A DNA stretch of 62,572 bases, filler included, from Circinaria calcarea (GCA_051942165.1; 17 parts of 17 records of this genome joined end to end with filler, not necessarily neighbours in it), one strand, 5' to 3'. Counted from the whole stretch's first letter, positions 51,671 to 62,572 are shown. Notes: generated by a model from the letters alone, not told the origin. Program-made: numbers and translations.

Positions 51671-52222
51671 CATCATCATCATGATCGGGAGGAGATCACC
51701 ATTACCGAGGATGGTCCATCTCGTGTGCGTGAAGGTGTACGTGAGAGCGTTCGCTTCATTGATCGCAGTGGAGGCCCAAACACTATCACGATTCCATGCC
51801 ATCACATCCGCGTCGGTGATCTACTGGTCCTTCAAGGTCGTCCTTGTCAAGTCATTCGTATCACGACCTCTGCTCAGACTGGTCAGCATCGCTACCTTGG
51901 GGTCGATCTCTTCACCAAGCAACTTCATGAAGAGTCTAGCTTCGTGTCCAATCCTTCTCCATCGGTTATTGTCCAGAACATGCTCGGTCCCGTCTTCAAG
52001 CAGTACCGCGTCCTGGATATCCGTGATGATGGACGTGTCGTTGCCATGCCCGAGACTGGTGATGTCAAGCAAGGTTTACCTGTCATTGATCAAGGTGGAC
52101 TGTGGTCCAGGCTGAATGAGGCCTTTGCCGATGGAAGGGGTAGCGTTCGTGTCTTGGTTATCAACGATGGGGGACATGAGCTTGCTGTTGACTACAAGGT
52201 CATTCATGGATCAAGATTGTAA
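51671..52222 (+). CDS. hex-1: Woronin body major protein HEX-1 (eIF5A-like fold; 5' partial)
   Basis: TIPCHHIRVGD..GRPCQVIRI..GQHRYLGVDLFT; C-terminal PTS1 SRL; poly-His upstream. Confidence 0.97.
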   Translation, partial: HHHHDREEITITEDGPSRVREGVRESVRFIDRSGGPNTITIPCHHIRVGDLLVLQGRPCQVIRITTSAQTGQHRYLGVDLFTKQLHEESSFVSNPSPSVIVQNMLGPVFKQYRVLDIRDDGRVVAMPETGDVKQGLPVIDQGGLWSRLNEAFADGRGSVRVLVINDGGHELAVDYKVIHGSRL

Positions 52223-52995
52223 ATGCATTGATGTAAGTAAATCTATCGTATTTGCTATGAGTCTTTACTGATGGGTATAGATATAGTAGACTATTTAATC
52301 ACTGCCGATCCGATAACTCAGCAAACTATGGCAGTGGTATCTGCAATCAGAAGCGTACGGAGCGTTGTGGAAGGAGGAGGCGGGAATGTGAAGCGGAGGT
52401 GGAAATGGAGATGACGGGGATGCAACGAGTGGATACATCAACAACCGGGGAATAAAAACTGTCAATAATTATTACATAGCTACGATAGTTTCCGTTTGCC
52501 GAATCCAAATTTGATACATTCCTCACTTCTTCCCTTGATTTCGAACATGAATCACATGGCTGAGCAAGAAGTCGTTTTCCGTTTATTACACTTTCTAACA
52601 TACTCATTTTGTTGTAAGTCCTTTCTGAGATGGGTCAAGTGCTAACAAAGGAAGAATCTACATCGAGTTGGAATATCTGAGTCTGTAAGCCCCTCGGCCA
52701 ACACCGTGTGTTTCAGTGATGTTATTTCCAGGCGCAGGCGCAGGCGCGCAGCCGAGCTGTATTGTTATGCGCTTGCCAATTTCTAGATATCATTACAACC
52801 GTTATGGTACAACGGTTCAGCTGATGTATCATCTTGAGTTAGATATCTAGTACGCTGTTCCGCCTGCACCGTCATCGGGCGTCTGGAGAGCTCCGATGAC
52901 AGTTGTAGCATGCCTTATTCGCTATATAGGAGGGGTACTCTAACTGTTGTTTTAATCCTGTTTCCAAGCATCGATTCAACCGACCGCTTTCCAGG

Positions 52996-54113
52996 ATGCC
53001 ACGAAAGAAAATCTACAATACCTGGGACGCCGTTGCTCGGGACTTGACTGCTGCGAGTACTGCTGGCCAGTTGCTCCAAGTCCAAAACATCCTCTCCCAA
53101 TGGAGGTCGAAACCCAGGTCCGAACCACCTCCAGGATTCTCTAGTCTCCAATATCTTCCGGGTCATAAGCCCAATGGTTATGATCAGTGTTACACGTACC
53201 CTTTTCTACCCGCTCTGTGTACTGCAATCGAACTCAACCACGTGCCTGTTATCCGCTACTTGCTGGATCAAGGCTTCCCGATCAACCAATATGTGCTCGA
53301 GTATGCATTTAAGAGGAGACCCGAGGGTGCCGATCGCAACACTCGGTCTACGGACGTCTTCCAAGCGTTCCTCGACCATGGATGGGATATCAACCAGCAG
53401 TGGACCGCTAGCCTGCCTCCCTCACTCAGGTAAGTTTCAGCAGCCTTTGGGTCTTTGACGCAATCGAAGCCATACTAAGATGTCACAGAGAGGTTCTCGA
53501 TGACGAACATCTGACCCGATGGTTCCTCGCCCACGGGGCGGATCCAAACGCGGCCTGTGACTACGGAGACACTCCCTTCACGATCGGATGCGCCCATGCG
53601 CCGCTCCACATCATCAAGTTGCTCGTCTCTCACGGTGGAGATGTCGGACGCACCGGAGCTCTCCACGGCGCCGCAACCGCAGGGAGACCAGGACGGGTGG
53701 ACGTACTAGCCTACCTCCTAGACTGCGGTGCGCCCATTGACGCCATCGATCGTGAGGACCATAAGAGTTTCCACTATTTTTCTGCCATGGGCTTAGGCAC
53801 GGCTTTGCACTGTGCTGCGCAGTGCGGCCATAAGGACGAGGCGGCCTTCCTGTTGGAGAGGGGCGCGGATCGAGATGCTAAAGACACGAGAGGAAGGACG
53901 CCCCAGGAACTTGCGGAAAAGCATCAGCGGGAGGAAGTCGTCAAGCTCCTGAGTGAGTGGGCGTCAGCGAGCGTTGAGCCCTTGGCTACGACGACATTGA
54001 AGATTTCTGGGGAAGATATTAAGCGGGAAGATATTGAGCGGGAAGATATTAAGCGGGAAGATATTAAGCGGGAAGACATTAAGGGAGACATTAAGCGGGA
54101 AGTGGAAGATTAG
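52996..54113 (+). CDS. Ankyrin-repeat protein with an (EDIKR)n tail
   Basis: FLDHGWDIN..|..WFLAHGADPN and GTALHCAA; intron 53430-53488; 15-nt tandem repeat at about 54010-54110. Confidence 0.85.
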
Positions 54114-54341
54114 TATAATATAATCAAGAACGCACTTGTGTGGTCCCCGTTTAACTTCCGCCAGTTTTGATTACAACTACCACTCTTACTACTGCTAGCA
54201 GGAATTTAGAAAGGGCCTAGCCCATCCTCCGTGGCTTTATATATGATACATATTCCAGCGAATAACTTCTTTCTTTAGTCCACCTGATACCTTCAATAAG
54301 TCTTAATGAAACTAAGTTACACTTAATATTGAATCGCTATC

Positions 54342-55141
54342 ATGTCAGAGAACATCGTGATACCACCAAGGTCCTCATCTCGGAGAGAAAGAGAGCCAAG
54401 TATGGAAGAGACGGTAGACCTGGAAAGAGCGCAAGATGTGCTTAATAACAGTATCAAGTCAATTTGGAAAAGGCTAAAATCAAGCGGCAGTTTCGATCTC
54501 GAGTGAGTTACTTTATATCTTTATTGTGTTTAATCTATGCAGGACAGGTTTGGGATTATCTTCTAAATTCTTCTCGGCCCAGGTACTGGAGAGGGAGGGA
54601 AGAAATTGCAAGCATGACGGTTCGACGGGTCGATCTGCAGAGAAAGATATCAATTCAAAATCTCCCATCGAAAAATACAGAGGACAAGTGGGAAAACACC
54701 GAAGAAGATGAAGCTCCCAATATGAAAACGTTCATTTCTCCAGAGTCTTCTAAGTTGTGGGCTGACCTCGACGGGGAAGCGGTCGAATTCCGTAACGAGT
54801 ATAGACCCAGGGCCCGTTACTTATACTTCCATTTTGTCTGTTCCATGCTACGTAGGGCATGGAATTACAAGGGAAAAAAGGAGAAGGTGTTGACGGATCA
54901 ACTGGGTAAGAAGTTCTGGGGTACTCCGCGCCCCTATATGCGGCGGACTATGCTGCAGGCGCTTATTACCGAAGTCGGGCACGAGTTTGAGGGGATTTCA
55001 GTGGGTGCCGAGACAGGGAAGGAGGGAGGACAAGAGCTGGACTATACTGCTCTTGCCGCCGCTGCACAATAAATATATTTTTCGAATCGGAAGGACATAG
55101 CATACGAGAGTGATAGTGAAGATGATGGTGACGACGAATAG
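54342..55141 (+). pseudogene. Degenerate fungal HNH-endonuclease-family gene
   Basis: Retains the post-HNH motifs LDG..VEF..RPRARYLYFH and FWGTP..YMRR, but has a 5' frame break, no visible HNH core, and an in-frame TAA at 55070-55072 before an acidic tail. Confidence 0.6.
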
Positions 55142-55541
55142 TTAGGTACAGGAAGGATGACGAGAGAAGTTATAGACTTGCCTATAGTTTTACTAGCTCG
55201 TACCGCCCCTGTGAGCTCGAGCTAGGAACGATGCCGAGANNNNNNNNNNNNNNNNNNNNNNNNNNNNNNNNNNNNNNNNNNNNTTAATTAATTAANNNNN
55301 NNNNNNNNNNNNNNNNNNNNNNNNNNNNNNNNNNNNNNNTGATAAGACTGAGGAAGGTTTTCTGCATCAGAAAAGAAAAAATAGAAAAAAAAAAAGAAAA
55401 TCAGAAACCAAAAAACCAAGAACAGGAATCAAAAGATAAATATGGAGAATGGCCTGATGATATCTACCAATGGGATAAAAGCCAATGGTGGGTCCATTAG
55501 GTTTTCTACTCGGCGAAAAGACTTGAAAAGTCACCGTGGTA

Positions 55542-55686
55542 CGCTGCACCACGGGTTTGGGTTCTGGGTGGGTTTAGCATAGCATAAGATAACCCCAACC
55601 CAAAACCAACCCTAACCCAACCAAACCCAAACCCTACACCAAACACCCTAACTCAACCCCGTGAGAACCCAACCCGTGGTACAGCA
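55542..55686. mobile_element. Putative 145-bp MITE with ~23-bp imperfect TIRs flanked by TA
   Basis: Left end CGCTGCACCACGGGTTTGGGTTCT versus right end AGAACCCAACCCGTGGTACAGCA; TA at 55540-41 and 55687-88. Confidence 0.55.
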
Positions 55687-56045
55687 TATTCCAGGACCAA
55701 GACCAGGACCAGGACCAGGATCAGGACCAGAAAGTCACGCGGTGGTTGGGTTGGGAGGGGGAAGGCTGAGGCCTTTTGGGACCTGCGTACCTTGTGTGCG
55801 TGGAAATTCTGAAACTGGAGCCTCCCTTTGGTAGTAGGTACTCTAAAGCCCTGCTTTGGGAAACGGGGATGGGAGAGTTAACGCTCTCCAGTTTCTTGGA
55901 ACAAGACTGGAGTGGAAGGGCTGCGAGAATGCACTCCGATGGGAATGGAGACCTGGCATGCGGTTTTTAAGCCGTACCGTTAAAATAAGAAGAGGGTGAT
56001 AGACAGTCGGTATTTATTCTAATCTATATCGGAGTTCCTTTAGAT

Positions 56046-57656
56046 TTAATCATTTAATTCCAATAACCAGTCATCCCATTCCATGTGATCCGGACAGCCT
56101 AACCGCTCCAGATCAGCCTTGGAGGTATTCTCTCCGGCTCGGTCCAGGATTTCGTACATGTCCACCGCCTCCGCTTTTCTTACAGATTGCATGTAATTCT
56201 TGGCCTTTATATACATCTCCACGTCCTCCCTATTATGCAGCCCTGCTTCGTCAGGGCGCATGCACAAATTCCACATAAAAATCCATCTCTCGTCTGCCGG
56301 ATCGCGTATCAAACGGAGGAAAATCTCCTGAAGTCGAGGTATTACATACGCTTGGTTATTCACTAGGACGGTCGATGTCGAACGCGTCGTGACGGGAAAC
56401 CCCAGACCCGACTGGTTTCTCTCTGGTAAGGGCCTGCGGAGAAAGGTGTGGTTTAAGATGAAAGCAAAGTCATCATCTGCTTTTTTGGTTTCAACAAGGG
56501 CGCATTGGAGCGGTGCAGAGAGATCTGTATCTGGCAAAATGACAAGCAGGTGGAGCTTCGCCTTTCGATTGATGTGAGTGTGCACGAAAGGCGCTTGGTC
56601 TTCTGCTATGGGCGGTGGAGACTGACGTCCCTCGGAGGGCAGGGAGGCCAAAGGCGGTGGACTTTTATACATTTCTTCATCGACTGGCTCCTCACCCGTG
56701 ACATTTGACGCCTTGATGGCTTTGTAATGAAGTACAAACTGATCCATTGAGGTAAAGTCATATACGTCATTACAGAACCCCAAATGAGCAAGATAGCGAC
56801 TGCGATGCGGAGATTCCTCTTCGAAGAGGCAGTAATTCTGAGCGCTAATTCTGGCCAGTTCCAGACCGAACCGGAGGCTCAGGAGGAGGTATTCCCGGTC
56901 TGCTTTGAAGAGTGTCGTGTCGTCCTCTGTTGTAGGAATAGATGCCCGGAGGAGAAAGTAAGGAATTGGGTGTGCAATGAGAAGACGCTGAGCGGCCTTC
57001 TTCAGCGTTGGCCATGGGATGGATGAGATCGAGCATTGAACAGTGAGGGATGGAAGATCTTCGACATAGTTTGTACGAAGCAGTGGCAGCCCGCGGAAGA
57101 AGGGTCGGTAACAAATGCGTGTTAAATATGCCCAGCTCTGAATTCCGGTCTTCGGAAACTTTTGTCGAAGCACTTTAGAGATGTCCGAGACTGCTACCGT
57201 TGCCAGAAGATGCGCAAATTCGAATGCGTGTTCGGTGGTTTGGTGAGTGCCCCTCCCAAGGTAATGTTCAAAGCAATCATCCTCGTGGTCGGTGCCAGCC
57301 CAGATGATAACACTTCGGGCGGTGGAGTAGATGTCTTTAAGTAAACGAGCATGTCGTGTCTTTTCTTGATGACAATTTTGGTCAACGCAGAGCGTTTCGA
57401 TCCAGAAGTATCGCGGAGTCTCAATGGATCTCGGTAGAAGGAGAGCTTTTTGGAAAGCCTCGGAAATGACAGGCTGCTGTTTGAACGAGACTTCAAACAA
57501 GTCGTCTTCTTTGCCAGGCATGCAGGCCACGGCATCGAACGGGGGCCCATTCCGCAAGGAAGTGTTCAAGTATTGACACGATTCTTGCGTATCCTCTTTT
57601 TGGGAGTGGAATTCGAGTAAGCGAATCCTGTCATCTCTCTGAACAATTCTTGACAT
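56046..57656 (-). CDS. Divergent protein with two degenerate HET-like domains
   Basis: N-terminal IRLL..PPFDAVAC..FWIETLCVDQ..EK..LLKDIYSTARSVIIW; second partial unit LHLLVILP..PLQCAL..VLVNNQ..IPR..FLRLIR..WIFMWNLCM. Confidence 0.75.
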   Translation of the reverse strand: MSRIVQRDDRIRLLEFHSQKEDTQESCQYLNTSLRNGPPFDAVACMPGKEDDLFEVSFKQQPVISEAFQKALLLPRSIETPRYFWIETLCVDQNCHQEKTRHARLLKDIYSTARSVIIWAGTDHEDDCFEHYLGRGTHQTTEHAFEFAHLLATVAVSDISKVLRQKFPKTGIQSWAYLTRICYRPFFRGLPLLRTNYVEDLPSLTVQCSISSIPWPTLKKAAQRLLIAHPIPYFLLRASIPTTEDDTTLFKADREYLLLSLRFGLELARISAQNYCLFEEESPHRSRYLAHLGFCNDVYDFTSMDQFVLHYKAIKASNVTGEEPVDEEMYKSPPPLASLPSEGRQSPPPIAEDQAPFVHTHINRKAKLHLLVILPDTDLSAPLQCALVETKKADDDFAFILNHTFLRRPLPERNQSGLGFPVTTRSTSTVLVNNQAYVIPRLQEIFLRLIRDPADERWIFMWNLCMRPDEAGLHNREDVEMYIKAKNYMQSVRKAEAVDMYEILDRAGENTSKADLERLGCPDHMEWDDWLLELND

Positions 57657-58060
57657 TTAAGTACACTGCTTGTCACAACTGCTTGAGGCAGATGTTAGTG
57701 ATAGCATTGCTGATATGGCTTCATCACCACAACTCATGTTGCCTCGCAGGATTCCGAACGTCTTACCCGGCGCTGGCCCGGCTGGTTTAGTAAATTACTG
57801 CTAGCTAGCGCAATCCTTCAGAGATCGATGGGAACCAATGGGGACCACTGTAGTACTATTCTGCTACCAACGGTACGTAGTTCTACAACATCGGCATCTT
57901 CCATAAAGCTGTGTCGTCTACTTGCAGTGATCATGCTTACTGCTTTTGCGCACGAACTCCTTTAACTTCGGAAACTGTTCACTTCGTGAATCTTCGGCGA
58001 CTTGACGTACCCCTAAACGCGTATACGGTGTATCTGATATTTTCTCTAAAAAGCTTCAGG

Positions 58061-58907
58061 ATGTATAAATACCAGATGATGCAAGCTTATGCGGCCCGAG
58101 GTCGCGCTCGCGGGAAACAACTTGAAGAAGTCCACGGTGATCCCAGCGCCCAGGACGCACCTCCATCAAGAGCGCTTAAAAACAATAGAATGATATCTAA
58201 AGACCTTAACTGGAGGCCCGAGCAGCTTCCAGCTGATCGTCTCTTAGCACCCATCAATGAGGCATACTGTTTAAAATGTCGCCGAATATTCGAGGGAACC
58301 GGCGATCATACTAATAATCTCTACTTGACGCACCGACAAGGCGCATTTTTCCAACATTGGGATGGTCATTTCCTGGAGAAATCAGCCCGACGTGCTTGCC
58401 CACTATGCAATATCATTTGGGGAAGCCACAGGCGTGCGAGATTAGATCTGGCACGCGGGGAGGAGGTTCCTATAAAGTATGATTTTGGATCATTCATGAG
58501 TACGGACCATACAGCGAGGACGGAAATCTTCGCTGTGAGATTCTATCCATTCACACTTCTTGAAGAGAAGGGGCAGATGATGCCATTCCAATTACCTCTG
58601 GTGACTGTGACCCTTGACCCTTCTACCTGTGAGTTGAGAGAGAAAAATCATGTTAAGTTATACTGACGTTTTACAGCTCTGAAGGCTTCGTTGAAATCCC
58701 CGCTTTGTTCTGATGATACTACATCAACAGAAAGCATGGACCAGCTTCGTGAGTGGCTCAACACATGTATGAGTGAGCACTCGGAGTGCAAGCAGCGGCA
58801 ACAAACCCATCGTCTCTTCGTCCCAGATCGATTGGTTGATGTCCAGAACCACCCATCTCCCAATATTTGCCTCGTTAATAAAGTAGATATACGGCAGGGT
58901 TCAAGAT
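58061..58907 (+). CDS. HET (TOL-like) protein, N-terminal region (3' partial)
   Basis: CxxC...LEKSARRACPLC..IW, then after intron 58629-58676 WLNTCMSEHSEC...PDRLVDV, the typical pre-HET signature. Confidence 0.8.
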
Positions 58908-60239
58908 NNNNNNNNNNNNNNNNNNNNNNNNNNNNNNNNNNNNNNNNNNNNTTAATTAATTAANNNNNNNNNNNNNNNNNNNNNNNNNNNNNNNNNNNNN
59001 NNNNNNNGTTTAGTTTGGGGGGGTTGAACGGGTGGGAAAGACGGGGGAGGAGAGAGAAAGAGAGAGAGGGAGGACGAACGGAATAGGGAGAGGTTGCCGG
59101 ACCTTCCATTACGACGCGCCAGGTATGGATGTCGGATTCGTCGACTAGGGCGACGGTGGTGCCCGGGGGTGGGGATTTGGTAATTTCGGAGAGTTCCTGG
59201 GGAAAAAGGGATGTGGTCAGCGGATGGGGATTTTTGGAAGCGGAGTTCTTCTGGGAATTTCGGGGAAGGGAGGACTTTTGCTATGCGCTTCTGGCCGGAC
59301 ATGGTTTATGAGTGGTGGTTTGGGGTTGTGGTCGTACTGCGTGCGGTTTGTGGAAGGTGGGATGGGTACGGTGGGTGAGTAGTTTTGGGATGATAGTGGA
59401 ATAAAGGGGAGTTTATGTGGCGATGAGACATTTCGAGTCGTGGGTGATCATGCTGGACTTTTGGACGTGTTCGGGGAGGGGGGGGGGAATCATGGGGAAG
59501 TTGAAGCTGAGGGCTGAAACGTCATTGGGCTGGAACTGTTTTTAAGCGTCTACCCCGTCAATCGCTATGCTTGTATATGGAGCCATTCCGAAGCTTCCTC
59601 TAACTGCACTTTTATACTCATGATACGGTAATTACTGGTCAGAGGGTCATTCTGATAGTTTCAATGCGGCAGTGCTGAAACAAAGCTGTCATCCACTTCT
59701 TGTTCTCTAGTGGTACTCCGTATCCCATGATGAGCCCGACCTAATGATAGCCGATACGTTGACTCTATCTCTGTGTGTTCATCTACAAGATTTTGAATGT
59801 TCAATTTAATATATACCTTTCTGGCCATTTTATTGTCATACAGCGAGTATGACAATAAGGACGATAGAACATGATGAGGAGGGGAACAGTTTGTTTGAGT
59901 ACTTCATGATCAGGAAGAACTTGCATGGTTCATACCTCATTTCTTTGCTCTATCTCTATGTCTTTCAAGAACCTGAACCTCTTTGCCATATGCTTCTTTG
60001 GCTATCCACTCGTGAGCTTGTCCTCGCATGCTCCATGAACAGATCGGAACATTGTAAGACAACGGCCTCCAGTATAAACCTTTCATAGCTAGTTAGCTCC
60101 CGCACAAACACTCTGAGGGCACTTCTTTATCTGGTGCATCTTCTACTTTCTACCATGTTGCGTGAGAGTTGGCTGAAGTCACTCGCTTGTTGGGACCTCA
60201 TCGGAGCACGAAACATGGTGAGCGCTCCTCAATGTTCTG

Positions 60240-61697
60240 ATGGCTTCTAGAAATATACATACCGAAGAAGAACCAAGTCCAAGGCTTGCTGATTTGCATT
60301 TATACATCCTCACACAGAACAAAATATCAACCATGCAGTCTTACCAACTAACAGGTATACCTCGTACTATGGATCCGACAACCGTTCTGGATCGCTTACC
60401 ACCAGCTGTCATTCGCCAGATAGCTTCGTATATTCTACCGGAAGAGTTGTCCTTTGGTGGGAAATGGGCTACAACTGCCACAAGGTACCCGGAGAACCCG
60501 CTACTCTCACTCATACGTGCTATACCACCCTGCAGAGGAGTCCTCGACAAACTTCTCTTTGAAACCTGCCGCTTTGGGTTTGAGGGATTTAACGACGGGG
60601 AGTCATTCAGATGCAGCAGCGAAGTCGCAATTGATTTCTTCAGGAAGGTGGGATTCGGGAAGATCTATCTCGTGAAGTGGTTGCAACTAAATCCACTATC
60701 CAGGGGGGAGGGGTGGATAAATGAGATGGAGCGCAGCTCGATGTTAAGCCTCTTACGATTGCTTGTCAGGTCCCCCCGTCTCGGCCATCACAAAACCGAG
60801 CTTCCAAGATTTATCCCGATTACGGCTATGCCTGTGTTCGGATCTACAGTATTTCGACAACCATGGTACTATGGACTGCAAGAGTCCTCGAGACCCCGTC
60901 TCATCGTTTCCATAAGCCCTCAATTAAGGGATTGGAGGGGGCGATTCCTCCGTTCACTAAGGATTCCCCTGAACGAGTTAAACCTAGTGCTGCATCTCCA
61001 CAACCAAAACGTTTATCCTGTCGATTTTACGACCGAACTCCCTTTGGAACTGCGGCGCATCATCTATGTCCACTTGATGTCCGACGCTCCAATACGATGC
61101 GAAGTGACCGAACAAGGCATCAGGAGTTTTGGACAGAACAATGGTTTCGCCTCGTATCTGAGGATCAACCAGGATGTGCACTACGAGCTGTCCGAGTTGC
61201 TATACCGCAACTGCTTGTTCCATTTCCAACACACAACTAATGCTGAAGATTGGAACAGAGCTAATAAGATCAAGGATACGGCGCCATGGTGTGCTAACTT
61301 TCTCAATTCAATTGGGAAAGACAAAGCATCTAATATCCGGCATGTTCTGATAGAGCTTACAATATCCGAAGACCATCCTCATTATACCCCTCCTGTCGAT
61401 TCGCTAATGAACGAACTACTCATGCGCTGTGATCTGGAGTTCGGAGCAGAGTCACAGTATGTAGAGTACAGAGGATCCGCAGTTCAAGACCACACCCGTA
61501 TATTCTACATCAATCTTGGTAAATTGACAAGAGGCCGCGTTCAATTTCAGGTTCGCACGCCATGGACATGGCCCCACACAGTTCCTTTCCGCCGATCCGG
61601 TCGACTTCAAATTGATGTGGTGATGAAGGTACTGGATGCTGCCGTACGTGGCCTGAATTGCGCCGTCACCACGCGAGGCCGTGTTACGACTAGGTGA
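60240..61697 (+). CDS. Protein with two tandem F-box-like modules
   Basis: LDRLPPAVIRQIASYILP..LFETCRF and ELPLELRRIIYVHLM..LRINQDVHYE..LYRNCLF..FLNSIG..IRHV. Confidence 0.7.
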   Translation: MASRNIHTEEEPSPRLADLHLYILTQNKISTMQSYQLTGIPRTMDPTTVLDRLPPAVIRQIASYILPEELSFGGKWATTATRYPENPLLSLIRAIPPCRGVLDKLLFETCRFGFEGFNDGESFRCSSEVAIDFFRKVGFGKIYLVKWLQLNPLSRGEGWINEMERSSMLSLLRLLVRSPRLGHHKTELPRFIPITAMPVFGSTVFRQPWYYGLQESSRPRLIVSISPQLRDWRGRFLRSLRIPLNELNLVLHLHNQNVYPVDFTTELPLELRRIIYVHLMSDAPIRCEVTEQGIRSFGQNNGFASYLRINQDVHYELSELLYRNCLFHFQHTTNAEDWNRANKIKDTAPWCANFLNSIGKDKASNIRHVLIELTISEDHPHYTPPVDSLMNELLMRCDLEFGAESQYVEYRGSAVQDHTRIFYINLGKLTRGRVQFQVRTPWTWPHTVPFRRSGRLQIDVVMKVLDAAVRGLNCAVTTRGRVTTR

Positions 61698-61924
61698 CTG
61701 CGTTGAAGATATGCTTACTCGCCGCGCGATTTGGGCAAGCCCAGCAAGCACGGAATTGATAGGAGGCCGCAGGCAGCGTAGCGCATACAGCAGGGATCAT
61801 GATTGAATGTTTCTGGGGGCGTTCGTGATATCTTGTTGAAGTAGCGTTGCAAATAGATTCGAGGGGAAGCACTGCAGATTTCAGACAATGAGAAGAAGAC
61901 TGCGGTGCATTCGATTTGAAAATG

Positions 61925-62537
61925 CTATTCTCGTTGGAGGACTACCATTACACCCATGAGGCCCAGCATTACAGTCTTCAGCCATGGATGTTCGGATAGT
62001 AGAATCGTAACATAACCCACAAACGGTACATAACCAACCACACTCCCTATAACATCCTTTGACCTCTCCAGGTATTCTTGCCCCCGAGCGTAGAGTTCCG
62101 TATCGTCCGCCAGATTATTATCCCCCTTTGTAAGTAATTTCAACGGCTTACCACTACCACCACCACCCCATCAAGTTAGCTGAAGCTCCCCCATCCCCAA
62201 ATACAAAGATTCCCTCGAAAAGAAAAGTGCATCAGACATACCCGCCCCCAAACCTCCTCACCACCCGATGCACAATCGGAATGTCCTTGCCCCGCACATT
62301 ATACACCACAATCTCCCCGATCTTGGTATCCATGCCCCGATTCCACAGGAGCAGGATATCCCCCCGCTGGAACGCGGGCTCCATGCTGCCGGACAGCACC
62401 ACGACGATGGGGGAAGGCGAGTCGGTGGCGACGGAGAGGCCTTTCCAGAGCATGAAGGCGGTCGAGAGGATGAGGGCGAAGTTGAGGACTTGGGCGAGGA
62501 GTTGGCGCGGTTGGAGGGTCGAGAGGGAGGGGAGCAT
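61925..62537 (-). CDS. SEC11: Signal peptidase complex catalytic subunit
   Basis: [26 protein letters not shown] and LLTKGDNN; intron 62154-62241. Confidence 0.97.
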
Positions 62538-62572
62538 TGTGGCAGTCGGGTGGAGAGGGAGGGGTTTGTGGA

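Noticed and set aside
51671..52222. eIF5A
   Set aside because: Lacks the hypusine KTGKHG motif and ends in SRL, so it is HEX-1.
3605..59007. Regularly spaced TTAATTAATTAA repeats resembling a biological array
   Set aside because: They are assembly-concatenation linkers embedded in N runs; ORFs ending in XXX...LIN are artefacts.
1..62572. Gene-cluster interpretation across segments (for example P450 plus ankyrin plus TF, or all HET genes as one locus)
   Set aside because: The segments are independent contigs ordered by size, so cross-linker adjacency has no meaning.
1..62572. tRNA, rRNA, snRNA or riboswitch genes
   Set aside because: None recognised by eye; tRNAscan-SE/Infernal would be needed to exclude them.

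Overview
Eukaryotic (filamentous ascomycete, Pezizomycotina) DNA. It is not one locus: 17 unrelated ~3.57-3.60 kb contigs, sorted by decreasing length, are joined by an artificial 100-bp linker (N44-TTAATTAATTAA-N44), so gene adjacency is meaningful only within a contig. Intron-containing housekeeping genes, many truncated by contig ends, include a Cas1p O-acetyltransferase, CYP52, OCT1, HBS1/SKI7, NSE3, HPM1, SERF, ILV2, MoaA/cnxABC, EMC1, PIC2, HEX-1 and SEC11. Accessory-type genes include three HET-family genes, ankyrin and F-box-like proteins, a small Cys-rich secreted protein, a LigD phosphoesterase-like protein and a decayed HNH-family gene. Most notable: (1) a head-to-head pair of a degenerate double-HET gene and a HET-type gene; (2) two splice donors 4 nt apart that switch MoaA between a GG-stop end and a read-through fusion; (3) a 720-nt symmetric Ski7-type cassette exon in HBS1; (4) an 84-nt periodic array of in-phase splice donors; (5) a gene followed by an inverted copy of its own 5' end; (6) recurring C-rich to G-rich strand-skew switch points. 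Family assignments come from recalled motifs, not from database searches.
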